64,000 bases of DNA from Candidatus Brocadiia bacterium. GTDB lineage: Bacteria > Planctomycetota > Brocadiia > CAIUPP01. The notes beneath the pieces were generated by a model. The model was not told the origin of the DNA. It did no database searches and saw only the letters and a program-made list of their open reading frames with translations. The translations under genes and the position numbers were made by a program. Location of the stretch: NCBI GenBank assembly GCA_050015075.1, contig JBEKCB010000008.1, forward strand, positions 32,001-96,000, in the 5' to 3' direction. This document shows positions 1 through 9,003 of this stretch, piece by piece. Each line of letters opens with the position of its first letter. Position 1 is the first letter of the stretch.

Positions 1-1680
1 GACTGGCTGTTCGCCGAGTTCAATCGCTGGGGCGTGAAGCGAGTCCACTGGATCTACTACGGCGGCGCCAAGAGCGGGCTGTGGGATTGCTGCATCGCCG
101 GCCTGGCGTACCGGAACTGGGCCAAGACGGTGGAGAACATGGGAGAGATTTTCCCGGTCGCCGTCGAGTCGGCGCACGCTCACGACCTGGAAATTTTCGG
201 GCTGATCAAGCCCTTCGACATGGGCTTTTTCGAAAGTTTCGGCGAAGGGACGCCGGCGGCAAAGGCTCACGGCAAGCTCGCGCGGATCGGCGGGCCGATC
301 GGCTGGATCGCGAACTTCGCCGCGCAGCGGCGCGATCTGATTACATCGCGCAAGCCGGGCGTCTTCGGGCCGGCCCGAAGCAAGGCGTTCACGCGGATTG
401 ACCTGGTGAAAGAGGACGACCGGCCCGCCGAGTTTTCGGTGGACGGCGTCCGCCTTTTCGTCAGCGATGACAACGCCACCTATCGCCCGTACGAAGGCCC
501 GATGACGCGCCAGGAAGTGGTCGAGGACTATCCGGTCTGGGAGCACACCTCGTCCGGCGGTCGGCCTGCGGGGCAAAGTCGCCGCGCGCGCGTCATACGG
601 CTGAAGGACCTGGAGGTCCGCAATCCGTACCTGGCGCTGGCCGTCGAGGGGCGCGGAGAATCGTTCGCCAACACGCTGATCAACCTCATTCATGTGTTCG
701 GCGAAAACGGAGAAGAGCGGCGGCTGACCTACGGCCTGATGTCCCGCACCGCGGCCGGCGAGCCGGACCATTGCGACCTGCGCGGCGGGGTCCAGGATTT
801 CCGCACGCTCGGCGTCGAGTTCGACTGCTGGCCCGGCACGCCCACGAACGTCTTCCCGGACTACGACGGCATCCGCGCGCGGTGCGCGCTGGACGGCGCC
901 GCGGGACTGCTGGCCGTCGCCCGCGGCAAGGAGCAAGGGCCCATCGCCATGCTCTCGCCGTCGTTCGCCGAGGTCCAGGACTGGTGGCTCACGTGGGTGC
1001 AGGACTGCATGGACGCCGGCGCGGACGGCATCGAATTGCGCGTGCGCAACCACCACAGCACGCTCACGTGGAGGGAGTTCGGTTTCGAGAAGCCCCTGCG
1101 CGACGCGTTCCTCCAGCGATACGGCGTGGACCTCTGGGAGACGGACGATTTCAACCTGGCCGAGTGGCGGCGACTGCGCGGCGAGGCGTACACGCAGTTC
1201 TACCGCCGCGTCCGCGAACTCACCCGCCGCTGTGGCAAGCCGATGGGCCTTCACATCAGCCCCACCACCGGCAGCATGGAACCGGAACAGGGTGCGGCGA
1301 TGGAAATCCATTGGGACTGGCGCCGATGGCTCAGAGAGAGACTCTGCGACAGCCTGACGATGAAGGAACTCTGGCCGAGGACGCCTCTGGCGGAAGAAGT
1401 CCTGTCGCTCGCCCGTCCCCGGAACATTCGGACGATCTTCTGCCCCTACGCCAACAACATCTGGCGCAAGCCGGGCGGAGAGCGGGTCGTGGCCGACTGG
1501 ATCCGCCTCGCGCGCGAAGGCGGTTACGACGGCTACCAGCTCTACGAATGCTGCGCCGTCGTCCGCGCCGCGAAGGACGGCAGCGTCACCATGGAGCAGC
1601 CGGCGTTGCGGGAACTGTTCCAGCGGCAATTCGGAAAACAGCCGCCAGGCGGCGGCGACGGCGGAAGGCAAAAGCAGTGA
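1..1680 (+). CDS. Putative TIM-barrel glycoside hydrolase-like protein (GHL10-like), 5' partial
   Basis: Frame is open from base 1 (DWLFAEFNRWGVKRVHW). Motifs ADGIELR, AFLQRYGVD, WRRLRGEAYTQFYR and GYDGYQLYE resemble GHL10-like proteins. Confidence 0.6.
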   Translation, partial: DWLFAEFNRWGVKRVHWIYYGGAKSGLWDCCIAGLAYRNWAKTVENMGEIFPVAVESAHAHDLEIFGLIKPFDMGFFESFGEGTPAAKAHGKLARIGGPIGWIANFAAQRRDLITSRKPGVFGPARSKAFTRIDLVKEDDRPAEFSVDGVRLFVSDDNATYRPYEGPMTRQEVVEDYPVWEHTSSGGRPAGQSRRARVIRLKDLEVRNPYLALAVEGRGESFANTLINLIHVFGENGEERRLTYGLMSRTAAGEPDHCDLRGGVQDFRTLGVEFDCWPGTPTNVFPDYDGIRARCALDGAAGLLAVARGKEQGPIAMLSPSFAEVQDWWLTWVQDCMDAGADGIELRVRNHHSTLTWREFGFEKPLRDAFLQRYGVDLWETDDFNLAEWRRLRGEAYTQFYRRVRELTRRCGKPMGLHISPTTGSMEPEQGAAMEIHWDWRRWLRERLCDSLTMKELWPRTPLAEEVLSLARPRNIRTIFCPYANNIWRKPGGERVVADWIRLAREGGYDGYQLYECCAVVRAAKDGSVTMEQPALRELFQRQFGKQPPGGGDGGRQKQ

Positions 1681-1826
1681 GCCGCGAGCAGCGGCTTTGC
1701 CGGCGAATTGGGCTTGCGGAACCGGCCAAAGAGTGTAGAATATCGCCAACCAGACTCACGACGGTCGCGAGTCTGTTTTCATCCGCGAAACCCCGGGCAA
1801 GATGGTTCTGACAGGAGATTGATCTC

Positions 1827-2819
1827 ATGCGCGTCTGCGTCGTCGGCGGAACGGGCAACATCAGCACGAGCATCGTCCGCCTCCTGCTGGAGGTCGGGCA
1901 CGAGGTGACGCTCTTCAACCGCGGCAAGCGCGGCACGGTGCCGGCGGGCGTGAAGGTGATCCATGGCGACCTCAAGGAGCGCGCGGCGTTCGAGGCGGCC
2001 ATGCAGGCGCAGCGGTTCGACGCGGCGATCCACATGATCTGCTACGGCGCCGACGACGCCCGCAGCGCGCTGCGCGCCTTCCGCGACGTCAAGCATCTCG
2101 TCTACTGCTCCACGGTCTGCGCGTACGGCGTCCAGTACGACTGGCTCCCGGTGACGGAGGACCATCCGCTGCGGCCGATCACCGACTACGGGCGCAACAA
2201 GGCGGCCGCGGACCGGATTTACATGGAGGCGTACAACGGGCAGGGTTTTCCCGTCACGATTATCCGGCCGAGCAGCACCTTCGGCCCGACCTGGTCCCTG
2301 CTGCGGCAGATCGCGTGGGAAGCGGCGTGGGTGGACCGCGTGCGCAAGGGCAAGCCGATCGCCCTCTGCGGCGACGGCCGCGCGCTGCATCAGTGGATGT
2401 ACGTGGACGACGCCGCGCCGGCGTTCGTCTTCCCCATCGGCCGCGACCGCTGCGTCGGCCAGATTTACAACATGATGAAGAGCGAATTCGGCACGTGGGC
2501 CGAGTATCACCGCACGGCGATGAAGGTGATCGGCCGCGAGGTGGAGATGGTCGGTGTGCCGCTCGAAACGATCGTGGCGGCGAAGGTCCCGAACAGCGGC
2601 ATCTGCCAGGAGATCTTCTCATACAACGTGATCTACAGTCCCGCGCGGCTGATGCGCGACGTGCCCGAGTTCCGCCCGCGCCTTTCGCTCGAACAGTCCC
2701 TCGCCCGCGTCTACGAGGCGATGCAGCGCGAGAAGCGCATCCCCGATTCCGACAAGGAAGACTGGGAGGACCGCCTCATCGCCGCGCAACGAAAGGTCGG
2801 CGAGCTGAAGCTATCGTGA
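1827..2819 (+). CDS. NAD-dependent epimerase/dehydratase (extended SDR)
   Basis: GGTGNIS Rossmann motif, YGRNK catalytic motif, RBS AGGAG. Confidence 0.9.
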   Translation: MRVCVVGGTGNISTSIVRLLLEVGHEVTLFNRGKRGTVPAGVKVIHGDLKERAAFEAAMQAQRFDAAIHMICYGADDARSALRAFRDVKHLVYCSTVCAYGVQYDWLPVTEDHPLRPITDYGRNKAAADRIYMEAYNGQGFPVTIIRPSSTFGPTWSLLRQIAWEAAWVDRVRKGKPIALCGDGRALHQWMYVDDAAPAFVFPIGRDRCVGQIYNMMKSEFGTWAEYHRTAMKVIGREVEMVGVPLETIVAAKVPNSGICQEIFSYNVIYSPARLMRDVPEFRPRLSLEQSLARVYEAMQREKRIPDSDKEDWEDRLIAAQRKVGELKLS

Positions 2820-2840
2820 GCGGTCGCCGGATTGTTTTTT

Positions 2841-2865
2841 GACAGGATTACAGGATTGACAGGAC
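2841..2865. repeat. Short tandem ACAGGA repeat (half of a REP-like element)
   Basis: GACAGGATTACAGGATTGACAGGAC, intergenic. Confidence 0.5.
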
Positions 2866-3005
2866 GTCTTTACAACGGCGGATTGTAAGAGCTTGATTCA
2901 CGGGATAGCGCGGGCGGGCGATTTCCAATCCGCAATTTTTGCAGTGGTCATCCCGGCCTTTCGGCGGGAGCTGCGAGAGCGAAACCCTGAGAGGAGGAGC
3001 GCGTC

Positions 3006-4235
3006 ATGAAAGTGGGCATCATCGGAGCGGGCTTCGTAGCCAATTTTCACGTGCGGGCGTTGCACTCGGTCCGCGGGGCCGAGGTCAGCGCGGTGTACGC
3101 GCTGAAGGGCGCGGAGGAGCTTCGCGATCGCGCCATCGCCTCGGGCGTCGGCAAGCCCGTGGTCTGCGACAGCATCAAGGATCTGTGCCAGAAGGCCGAC
3201 GTCGTCTGCCTCTTTCTGCCCAACTTCGCGCGGCTCGAGGCGGTCAAGGCCATCGTGAAAGCCACGGCCAAGGGCAGCAAGATCCAGGGCATCATCGCGG
3301 AAAAGCCGTTGGCGCGAAACGTGGCCGAGGCCAACGAAGTCGTCCGCCTGATCGAGTCCAGGGGTTGGCCCACCGCCTATTTCGAGAACCAGATCCACAT
3401 GCCCGCGGTCATCAACGCCCGGCAGCAACTGCTGGCGATCGAGAAGAAGATGGGGCCGCCCAATCTCGTGCGCACCGCCGAAGAGCACGGCGGCCCGCAT
3501 GAGGCGTGGTTCTGGGATCCCACTCGTCAGGGCGGCGGCGTCTGGTGCGACATGGGCTGCCACAGCGTGGCCGTGGGCGAGGAACTGGCCACGCCGGCAT
3601 CCGGAAAGCGGCTGATCCCGCTTTCGCTGACGGCGAACATGGGCCTGCTCAAATGGGGCAATGAGCCCTGGAAGAGCCGCCTGATGAAACGCGGCGTGGA
3701 CTATGCCAAGACCCCGGCCGAGGACTACGCGTGCGTCTCTTTCACTTTCGAGAGCGAGGGCGGAAAGCTCGTGGTGGTCCAGGCCACCGATTCGTGGATG
3801 TACGAAGCGCCCGGTCTGCGGCTCAACATGGAAATGATGGGCCCGGGCTACGCGCTCAACGTCAACACGCTCAACTCGTCATCGGGCATCTTCATCAGCG
3901 ACGACGCGGCGGCCAGCGTGGGCAACGCGGAACTCGCCCTGGAAAAATCCCAGGCCAGCCGCGGCCAGCTCGTCGTCCAGCCCAATGAGCCGGACCTGTA
4001 CGGATACGTCGGCGAATGGCGCGACGCCGTTGCCTGCCTGGAAAAGGGCAAGAGCGCCAAGCTCGATTTCGCCTACGGCGCGCGCGTGGTAAAGTTGGTG
4101 ATGGCCGCCTACATGAGCCACGAGCGCCGGCAGACCATTGATTTGCAGCGTGGAAAATTCCTGGATTCAGCCGAGCTCGCCGACTACGTGCCGCTGATCC
4201 AGCAGGGCAAGGGCCGGGAAATCCTGTCCCGTTAA
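3006..4235 (+). CDS. Gfo/Idh/MocA family oxidoreductase
   Basis: GIIGAGFVA, EKP motif, GGGVWCDMGCH, RBS GGAGGAG. Confidence 0.92.
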   Translation: MKVGIIGAGFVANFHVRALHSVRGAEVSAVYALKGAEELRDRAIASGVGKPVVCDSIKDLCQKADVVCLFLPNFARLEAVKAIVKATAKGSKIQGIIAEKPLARNVAEANEVVRLIESRGWPTAYFENQIHMPAVINARQQLLAIEKKMGPPNLVRTAEEHGGPHEAWFWDPTRQGGGVWCDMGCHSVAVGEELATPASGKRLIPLSLTANMGLLKWGNEPWKSRLMKRGVDYAKTPAEDYACVSFTFESEGGKLVVVQATDSWMYEAPGLRLNMEMMGPGYALNVNTLNSSSGIFISDDAAASVGNAELALEKSQASRGQLVVQPNEPDLYGYVGEWRDAVACLEKGKSAKLDFAYGARVVKLVMAAYMSHERRQTIDLQRGKFLDSAELADYVPLIQQGKGREILSR

Positions 4236-4254
4236 ACCGCGCAAAGGAGCGATT

Positions 4255-5130
4255 ATGAAACTCGGAGTCAGCTCGTACAGTTTCAGCCAGGCGGTAGCCG
4301 CCGGCACGCTGCAGTTCAACGACATCCCGGCGAAGGCGAAGGAGATGGGATTCGACGTGGTGGAGTTCAGCGTGCTGAAGCTGCCGGCGGGCGAGACGCC
4401 GCTGTCGTTCGCGCCGAAACTGCGCGAGCTGTGCGACCGCGCCGGGATCGCGGCGGCGAACTACACGATCGGCGCAGACTTTCTCAACGGCTCGAAAGGC
4501 GACTGGAAAGCGGAGGCCGAGCGGCTGAAGGACGAGGTCCGCGTGGCGAAGATCCTCGGCGCGCCGGGCATGCGGCACGATGCGACGTACGGCTACGCGC
4601 CCGCGCACAAGGGTCCCCGCGGCTTCGACGACGCCCTGCCCGTCCTCGCGAAAGGCTGCCGTGCCGTGACCGAGTTCGCCGCCGATCTCGGCATCCGCAC
4701 GATGATCGAGAACCACGGCTTCTTCGCCCAGGACAGCGCGCGCGTCGAGCGGCTGATGAACGCCGTGAATCACCCCAATTTCGGCTGGCTGGTGGACATG
4801 GGGAACTTCCTCTGCGTGGATGAGGACCCGGCGCAGGCGCTGGGCCGCGCCATGCCGTACGCCTTCCACGTGCATGCGAAGGACTTCCACGTCAAGAGCG
4901 GCCGCAACCCCGCGCCGGGCGCCGGCTGGTTCCAGTCGCGCGGCGGCAACTATCTCCGTGGCGCCGTCATCGGCCACGGCGAGGTGCCCATCGTCCAGTG
5001 CCTGAGCATTATGAAGAAGGCCGGCTACGACGGCGTGCTTTCCATCGAGTTCGAGGGTATCGAGGAGCCGCTCAAAGGCATCGGCATCAGCCTGGCCAAC
5101 CTGCGGCGGTACGTGCAGATGCTGGGGTGA
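4255..5130 (+). CDS. Sugar phosphate isomerase/epimerase (AP endonuclease 2 TIM barrel)
   Basis: ENHG, DMGNF, HVHAKD and SIEFEG metal-ligand motifs. Confidence 0.9.
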   Translation: MKLGVSSYSFSQAVAAGTLQFNDIPAKAKEMGFDVVEFSVLKLPAGETPLSFAPKLRELCDRAGIAAANYTIGADFLNGSKGDWKAEAERLKDEVRVAKILGAPGMRHDATYGYAPAHKGPRGFDDALPVLAKGCRAVTEFAADLGIRTMIENHGFFAQDSARVERLMNAVNHPNFGWLVDMGNFLCVDEDPAQALGRAMPYAFHVHAKDFHVKSGRNPAPGAGWFQSRGGNYLRGAVIGHGEVPIVQCLSIMKKAGYDGVLSIEFEGIEEPLKGIGISLANLRRYVQMLG

Positions 5131-5228
5131 AACTTTTACCACGACGACACGACGAGCACGACGAATGATGACGGCGGCTTCCTTGAACAGCAGTTCCGTC
5201 GTGCCCGTCGTGTCGTCGTGGTGAAGTT
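5131..5228. repeat. Long intergenic inverted repeat (REP-like)
   Basis: ACCACGACGACACGACGAGCACGACG (5138-5163) pairs with CGTCGTGCCCGTCGTGTCGTCGTGGT (5197-5222), 25/26. Confidence 0.9.
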
Positions 5229-5262
5229 AGGTGATCCGTTGTGTTTAGGAGGGTCCACGAAG

Positions 5263-7563
5263 ATGAAGAGCTTTGGCCACTTCAGCGACGACGGCCTCGA
5301 ATATGTCGTGACCACGCCGCACACCCCGAACCGCGACTGGTTCAACTTCTTCTGGAACCCCACCTACCTCGCCGCCGCCGGGCAGAGCATGAACGGCCTT
5401 TCGCTCTACCAGAGCGAGAAGGGCGTCGTCACCAATCTCTTCGGCAAGCAGGACGTGCGCGAGGGCCCGCGCTGGCTCTATATCCGCGACAACGCCACCG
5501 GCGAGTTCTGGAGCTCCGGGTATTTCCCCTGCTGGACCGAGCACGACGAGTTCGAGTGCCGCCATGGATTGGGCTACTCGATCCTGCGCACGCTGAAGAA
5601 CGGCATCCGCGTCGAGTTCCGCCTGTTCGTGCCGCGGGATTATTCGGGCGAGATCTGGACGGTCCGCCTTAGCAATGAATCGCGCCGCGCCCGCGACCTC
5701 TCGCTGTTCTCCGTCGCCGACATCGTGCTCGACGGCGTGAACATGCCGTACGGATACCTCGGCGGATTGCGGGCGGCTTATTCGCCGAAGGAAGGATTTC
5801 TTTTCTATCAGAACACGACGTACACGGTCGTGGAGGAAAAATACCGGGCCTTCATGTACGCCGACGTCAAGCCGAACCGCTGGGATACGAGCCGCGACCA
5901 CTTCCTGGGGCGCTACCGCAGCATGGCGCGCCCGGAGCGCGTGGTGGAGGGACGCCTGGGCAACAGCGTGGCCAGCGTGGAATGCCTGGTCGGCGCAATG
6001 CAGCACAACTTCCGCCTGAAGCCCGGCGCCTCGCGCACGATCAACATCGTGCTCGGCCTGGCCATGGACATCGCCGAGGCGCGCCGGATGAAGAATGCCT
6101 TCGCGGACGGACGGAAGATCGAGAAAGAGTTCCTGGCCATGAAACGGGAAAAGGTCCAGCGCCTGGGCGGCCTGAAGCTGGAGACTCCCGACAAGGATTT
6201 CAACCGCCTCTTCAGCGTCTGGCTCAAGCACCAGCTTTACCTCATGTCCGACTGGGCGCGCTTCTACTTCAAGGGTTACCGCGACACCTGCCAGGACGCC
6301 GCCGGGATGAGCGTCATCAATCCTACGCGCTCATGGGAAATGCTGAAGAAGGCGCTCCGCCACCAGCGCAGCGACGGCTTCTGCCCGAGGGCGTTCCGCG
6401 TCCCGAGCATGGACATCGCCTCCGCCGACAAGCACTACGCGGACTCGCCGTCGTGGATCAGCCATGCCACCGACGCGTTGATACGCGAAACCGGCGACCT
6501 TTCCCTGCTGGACAAAACGGTCGAGTATTCCGACAAGGGCAAGGGCACGCTCTGGCAGCACAACCTCAAGGCGATGGAGTTCCTCTGGAACGACCGGGGC
6601 CGGCACGGCCTGAGCCTGCTGCACTGCGGCGACTGGAACGACTGCATTGACAAGGCCGGCGCGCGCGGGATCGGCGAGGGGATCTGGATGAGCATGGCCC
6701 TGGCGCGAGTGCTGAAACTGACCGGCCAGCTTGCGGCCTGGCGGGGCGACCGCGACATCGAGCAGACCTGCGCCCGCCGCTTCGACCAGTTGAAGAAGGC
6801 GATATGGAAGCACGGCTGGGACAAAGACCATTTCATCTACGCCATCAACGATGACGGACAGCTCATCGGGTCAAGCCGTTGCCGCGAGGGGCGATTCTTC
6901 ATCAACCCGCAGTCCTGGGCGATGCTCTCCGGCGTGGCGGACGCGGCGACGTACAGCCGGATTGCCAAGCGGCTTGAACCGATCGTGGACACGCCCGTCG
7001 GCCCCGTCCATCACTGGCCGCCTTATACGAAGTTCGATCCCGGAATCGGCCAGCTCAGCGGCACGCCGCCGGGCTACGGCACCAACGGCAACGTCTATTG
7101 CCACGCCGCCAGCTTCAAGGTCGCGGCAGATTTCGAGGCGGGCCGGGCCGACAAGGCCTTCGATTCGCTCAGCCGGATCATTCCCAACGCGTCGAGGTCG
7201 GAGCCTTATGCCCAGACGAGCGGCTACGTGGGGCCCAGCGCCCTGCGCATGAATCATCATTTCTCGGACGATCCCTGGCGCACCGGCACGGTGGGCTGGA
7301 ACTTCCTGAACGTGGTGGATCGGATGCTGGGGTTCCGCCGAACGCTCAAAGGATTCCATCTGCGCCCGCGGCTGCCCTCGATATGGAGCCAGGTCCGCTT
7401 CGTCCGCCCGTTCCGCGGCACGAATTTCGAAATCCACGTCCGGCGCGGCAAGCAGGCCCGGATCCGGGTTGAGGGAAAACCCATTGAGGGCGATTTCATT
7501 GCCGTCCCCAAGAAAGGCCTGGGGAAGGCGCCTGTGCACATTGTGTGCGAGGTCAAGTCCTAG
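5263..7563 (+). CDS. GH94 glycoside phosphorylase (cellobiose phosphorylase-like)
   Basis: GYRDTCQD, GDWND catalytic motif, NPQSWA, NGNVYCHA, TGT. ATG at 5263 follows RBS AGGAGG. Confidence 0.9.
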   Translation: MKSFGHFSDDGLEYVVTTPHTPNRDWFNFFWNPTYLAAAGQSMNGLSLYQSEKGVVTNLFGKQDVREGPRWLYIRDNATGEFWSSGYFPCWTEHDEFECRHGLGYSILRTLKNGIRVEFRLFVPRDYSGEIWTVRLSNESRRARDLSLFSVADIVLDGVNMPYGYLGGLRAAYSPKEGFLFYQNTTYTVVEEKYRAFMYADVKPNRWDTSRDHFLGRYRSMARPERVVEGRLGNSVASVECLVGAMQHNFRLKPGASRTINIVLGLAMDIAEARRMKNAFADGRKIEKEFLAMKREKVQRLGGLKLETPDKDFNRLFSVWLKHQLYLMSDWARFYFKGYRDTCQDAAGMSVINPTRSWEMLKKALRHQRSDGFCPRAFRVPSMDIASADKHYADSPSWISHATDALIRETGDLSLLDKTVEYSDKGKGTLWQHNLKAMEFLWNDRGRHGLSLLHCGDWNDCIDKAGARGIGEGIWMSMALARVLKLTGQLAAWRGDRDIEQTCARRFDQLKKAIWKHGWDKDHFIYAINDDGQLIGSSRCREGRFFINPQSWAMLSGVADAATYSRIAKRLEPIVDTPVGPVHHWPPYTKFDPGIGQLSGTPPGYGTNGNVYCHAASFKVAADFEAGRADKAFDSLSRIIPNASRSEPYAQTSGYVGPSALRMNHHFSDDPWRTGTVGWNFLNVVDRMLGFRRTLKGFHLRPRLPSIWSQVRFVRPFRGTNFEIHVRRGKQARIRVEGKPIEGDFIAVPKKGLGKAPVHIVCEVKS

Positions 7564-7580
7564 GCGGCTGAACGACTTCG

Positions 7581-7997
7581 TTATTTGCCTCTAAGCGCGT
7601 AGACCCCTCTGCGGACGCGCTTGAACCGTTTGTCTTTTGAGAGCGCCATGCTGACGATGTTCGCGAAATCTTTGGATTTGCTCTTGTAGCCGGCCGCGAG
7701 AGCCGCCTCAACGGCTTCGGCAACGGTGCACTTGCCCTTGGCCCTGAGAGCCTCTGCCAACGTGCTGCTCAGGCTGCCGGCTCTCGCCGGTTTCATGGCT
7801 CTTCGCCCTGCCTTCTTCCTGCCCGCCTTCCTGCGAGCCACGGCTTTCGGCTTCGCGCCGACCAGACCCTCTAACTCGGCGATCCGGCAGTTGAGCGCGT
7901 CCCGTTCAGCGACGAGTATCGCCAGCTTTCCTTGCCTGCGACGGATTTCCTTCTTGAGGTCTTCTACGGACACTCTCGCTAATTTCACTTTCGCCAT
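7581..7997 (-). CDS. Small basic DNA-binding protein (coiled coil + K/R linker + winged helix)
   Basis: N-terminal heptad coiled coil, Lys/Arg-rich linker, C-terminal FKRVRRGVYAL wing as in HARE-HTH domains. Confidence 0.7.
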   Translation of the reverse strand: MAKVKLARVSVEDLKKEIRRRQGKLAILVAERDALNCRIAELEGLVGAKPKAVARRKAGRKKAGRRAMKPARAGSLSSTLAEALRAKGKCTVAEAVEAALAAGYKSKSKDFANIVSMALSKDKRFKRVRRGVYALRGK

Positions 7998-8229
7998 GCG
8001 CCGCCCTTTCCATGAAAAGAAACTCAAAGGCTCGTGTTGCCCTTAGCTTTTACTGCCGACAACAGTGTAGCGTTTCATTTCTGTGAGTCAAGCCCGCATT
8101 TCCCATTTGGGATGCCAAGTTGTCAAGCGATCTCCCGGCAATCCCATACGCGCGGGAGCTTGAGTCAGGACACCATTCGATGTATGCTGCGCAGGTCAGC
8201 GGTGAGGCACTCAAGACGAGGGTGAAAAC

Positions 8230-8499
8230 ATGAACGTCGAGAAAGACACGCAACTCAGAAAGAGTTTCCGCCGCATATCCTTGGTAGTTTCTCCTGTCAC
8301 GGGAGTTATTGCCGCGATTGTCGCTGCGATATATCGGACTGACATGCGAAACCAAGTCGCGTTCGTGTTTTTAACTTTCTGTCTGGTCATGCTCATCGCC
8401 GTACTCGTCATACGGGCTATTGGATGGGTTGTGCGGCGTTCCGTCTGCGGAGACGCAGGCAGGAAAGAAGATGCCGTGAACGGAAAAGACAGGGAGTAA
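8230..8499 (+). CDS. Hypothetical small protein with two transmembrane segments
   Basis: Two hydrophobic stretches; GAGG upstream. Confidence 0.55.
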   Translation: MNVEKDTQLRKSFRRISLVVSPVTGVIAAIVAAIYRTDMRNQVAFVFLTFCLVMLIAVLVIRAIGWVVRRSVCGDAGRKEDAVNGKDRE

Positions 8500-8503
8500 C
8501 CGC

Positions 8504-8839
8504 TTAGGGATCCTCGCGCGAGAGCTGCGGAACCCGCTGGACAATGCGGCTCTTGTCATCCATGACGAAGTTCTCTTCGAGGAACGTGGCATGTTCAACT
8601 GAGAAGGGGATCAAGACTTCGGAAGCGCATTTCGGACAACTCACCTTCCGGCCGCCTATGGAAGGCCGGGCCTTGAGACGCTGACCGCATCGGCAGAGCC
8701 ATCGGATGAGCGTCAGGTCCTCTTCAGGGGTCGGGATACACAGCATCGCGCGGCAGTCCGGACATTGGACATACTCTCCGGCGTATTTGTCGGGCAAAGC
8801 CATGCCCCGCCCGCAGACGCAGACGAGTCGGATGGACAT
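8504..8839 (-). CDS. Tandem zinc-ribbon protein
   Basis: Two repeats, CVCG...CPDC and CRCG...CPKC; RBS GGGGAGG before ATG at 8839. Confidence 0.8.
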   Translation of the reverse strand: MSIRLVCVCGRGMALPDKYAGEYVQCPDCRAMLCIPTPEEDLTLIRWLCRCGQRLKARPSIGGRKVSCPKCASEVLIPFSVEHATFLEENFVMDDKSRIVQRVPQLSREDP

Positions 8840-8961
8840 ACTGCGCGGCCTCCCCCAATGCAATCTCCGGGCCACACGCCACGGTCGCCATCAAACGCAG
8901 TCATTGTAACGATCGGGCCGATCCCAGTCAAATAGTTGTCCGGCAGACGGTCGAGAAATTG

Positions 8962-8991
8962 CTTGACAGCGGCAATTCGACCGTATAGTCT
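8962..8991 (+). promoter_or_regulatory. Sigma70-like promoter (near-identical copy at 35480)
   Basis: TTGACA-17bp-TAGTCT upstream of the MFS gene. Confidence 0.65.
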
Positions 8992-9003
8992 CATGCGCTT
9001 TGA

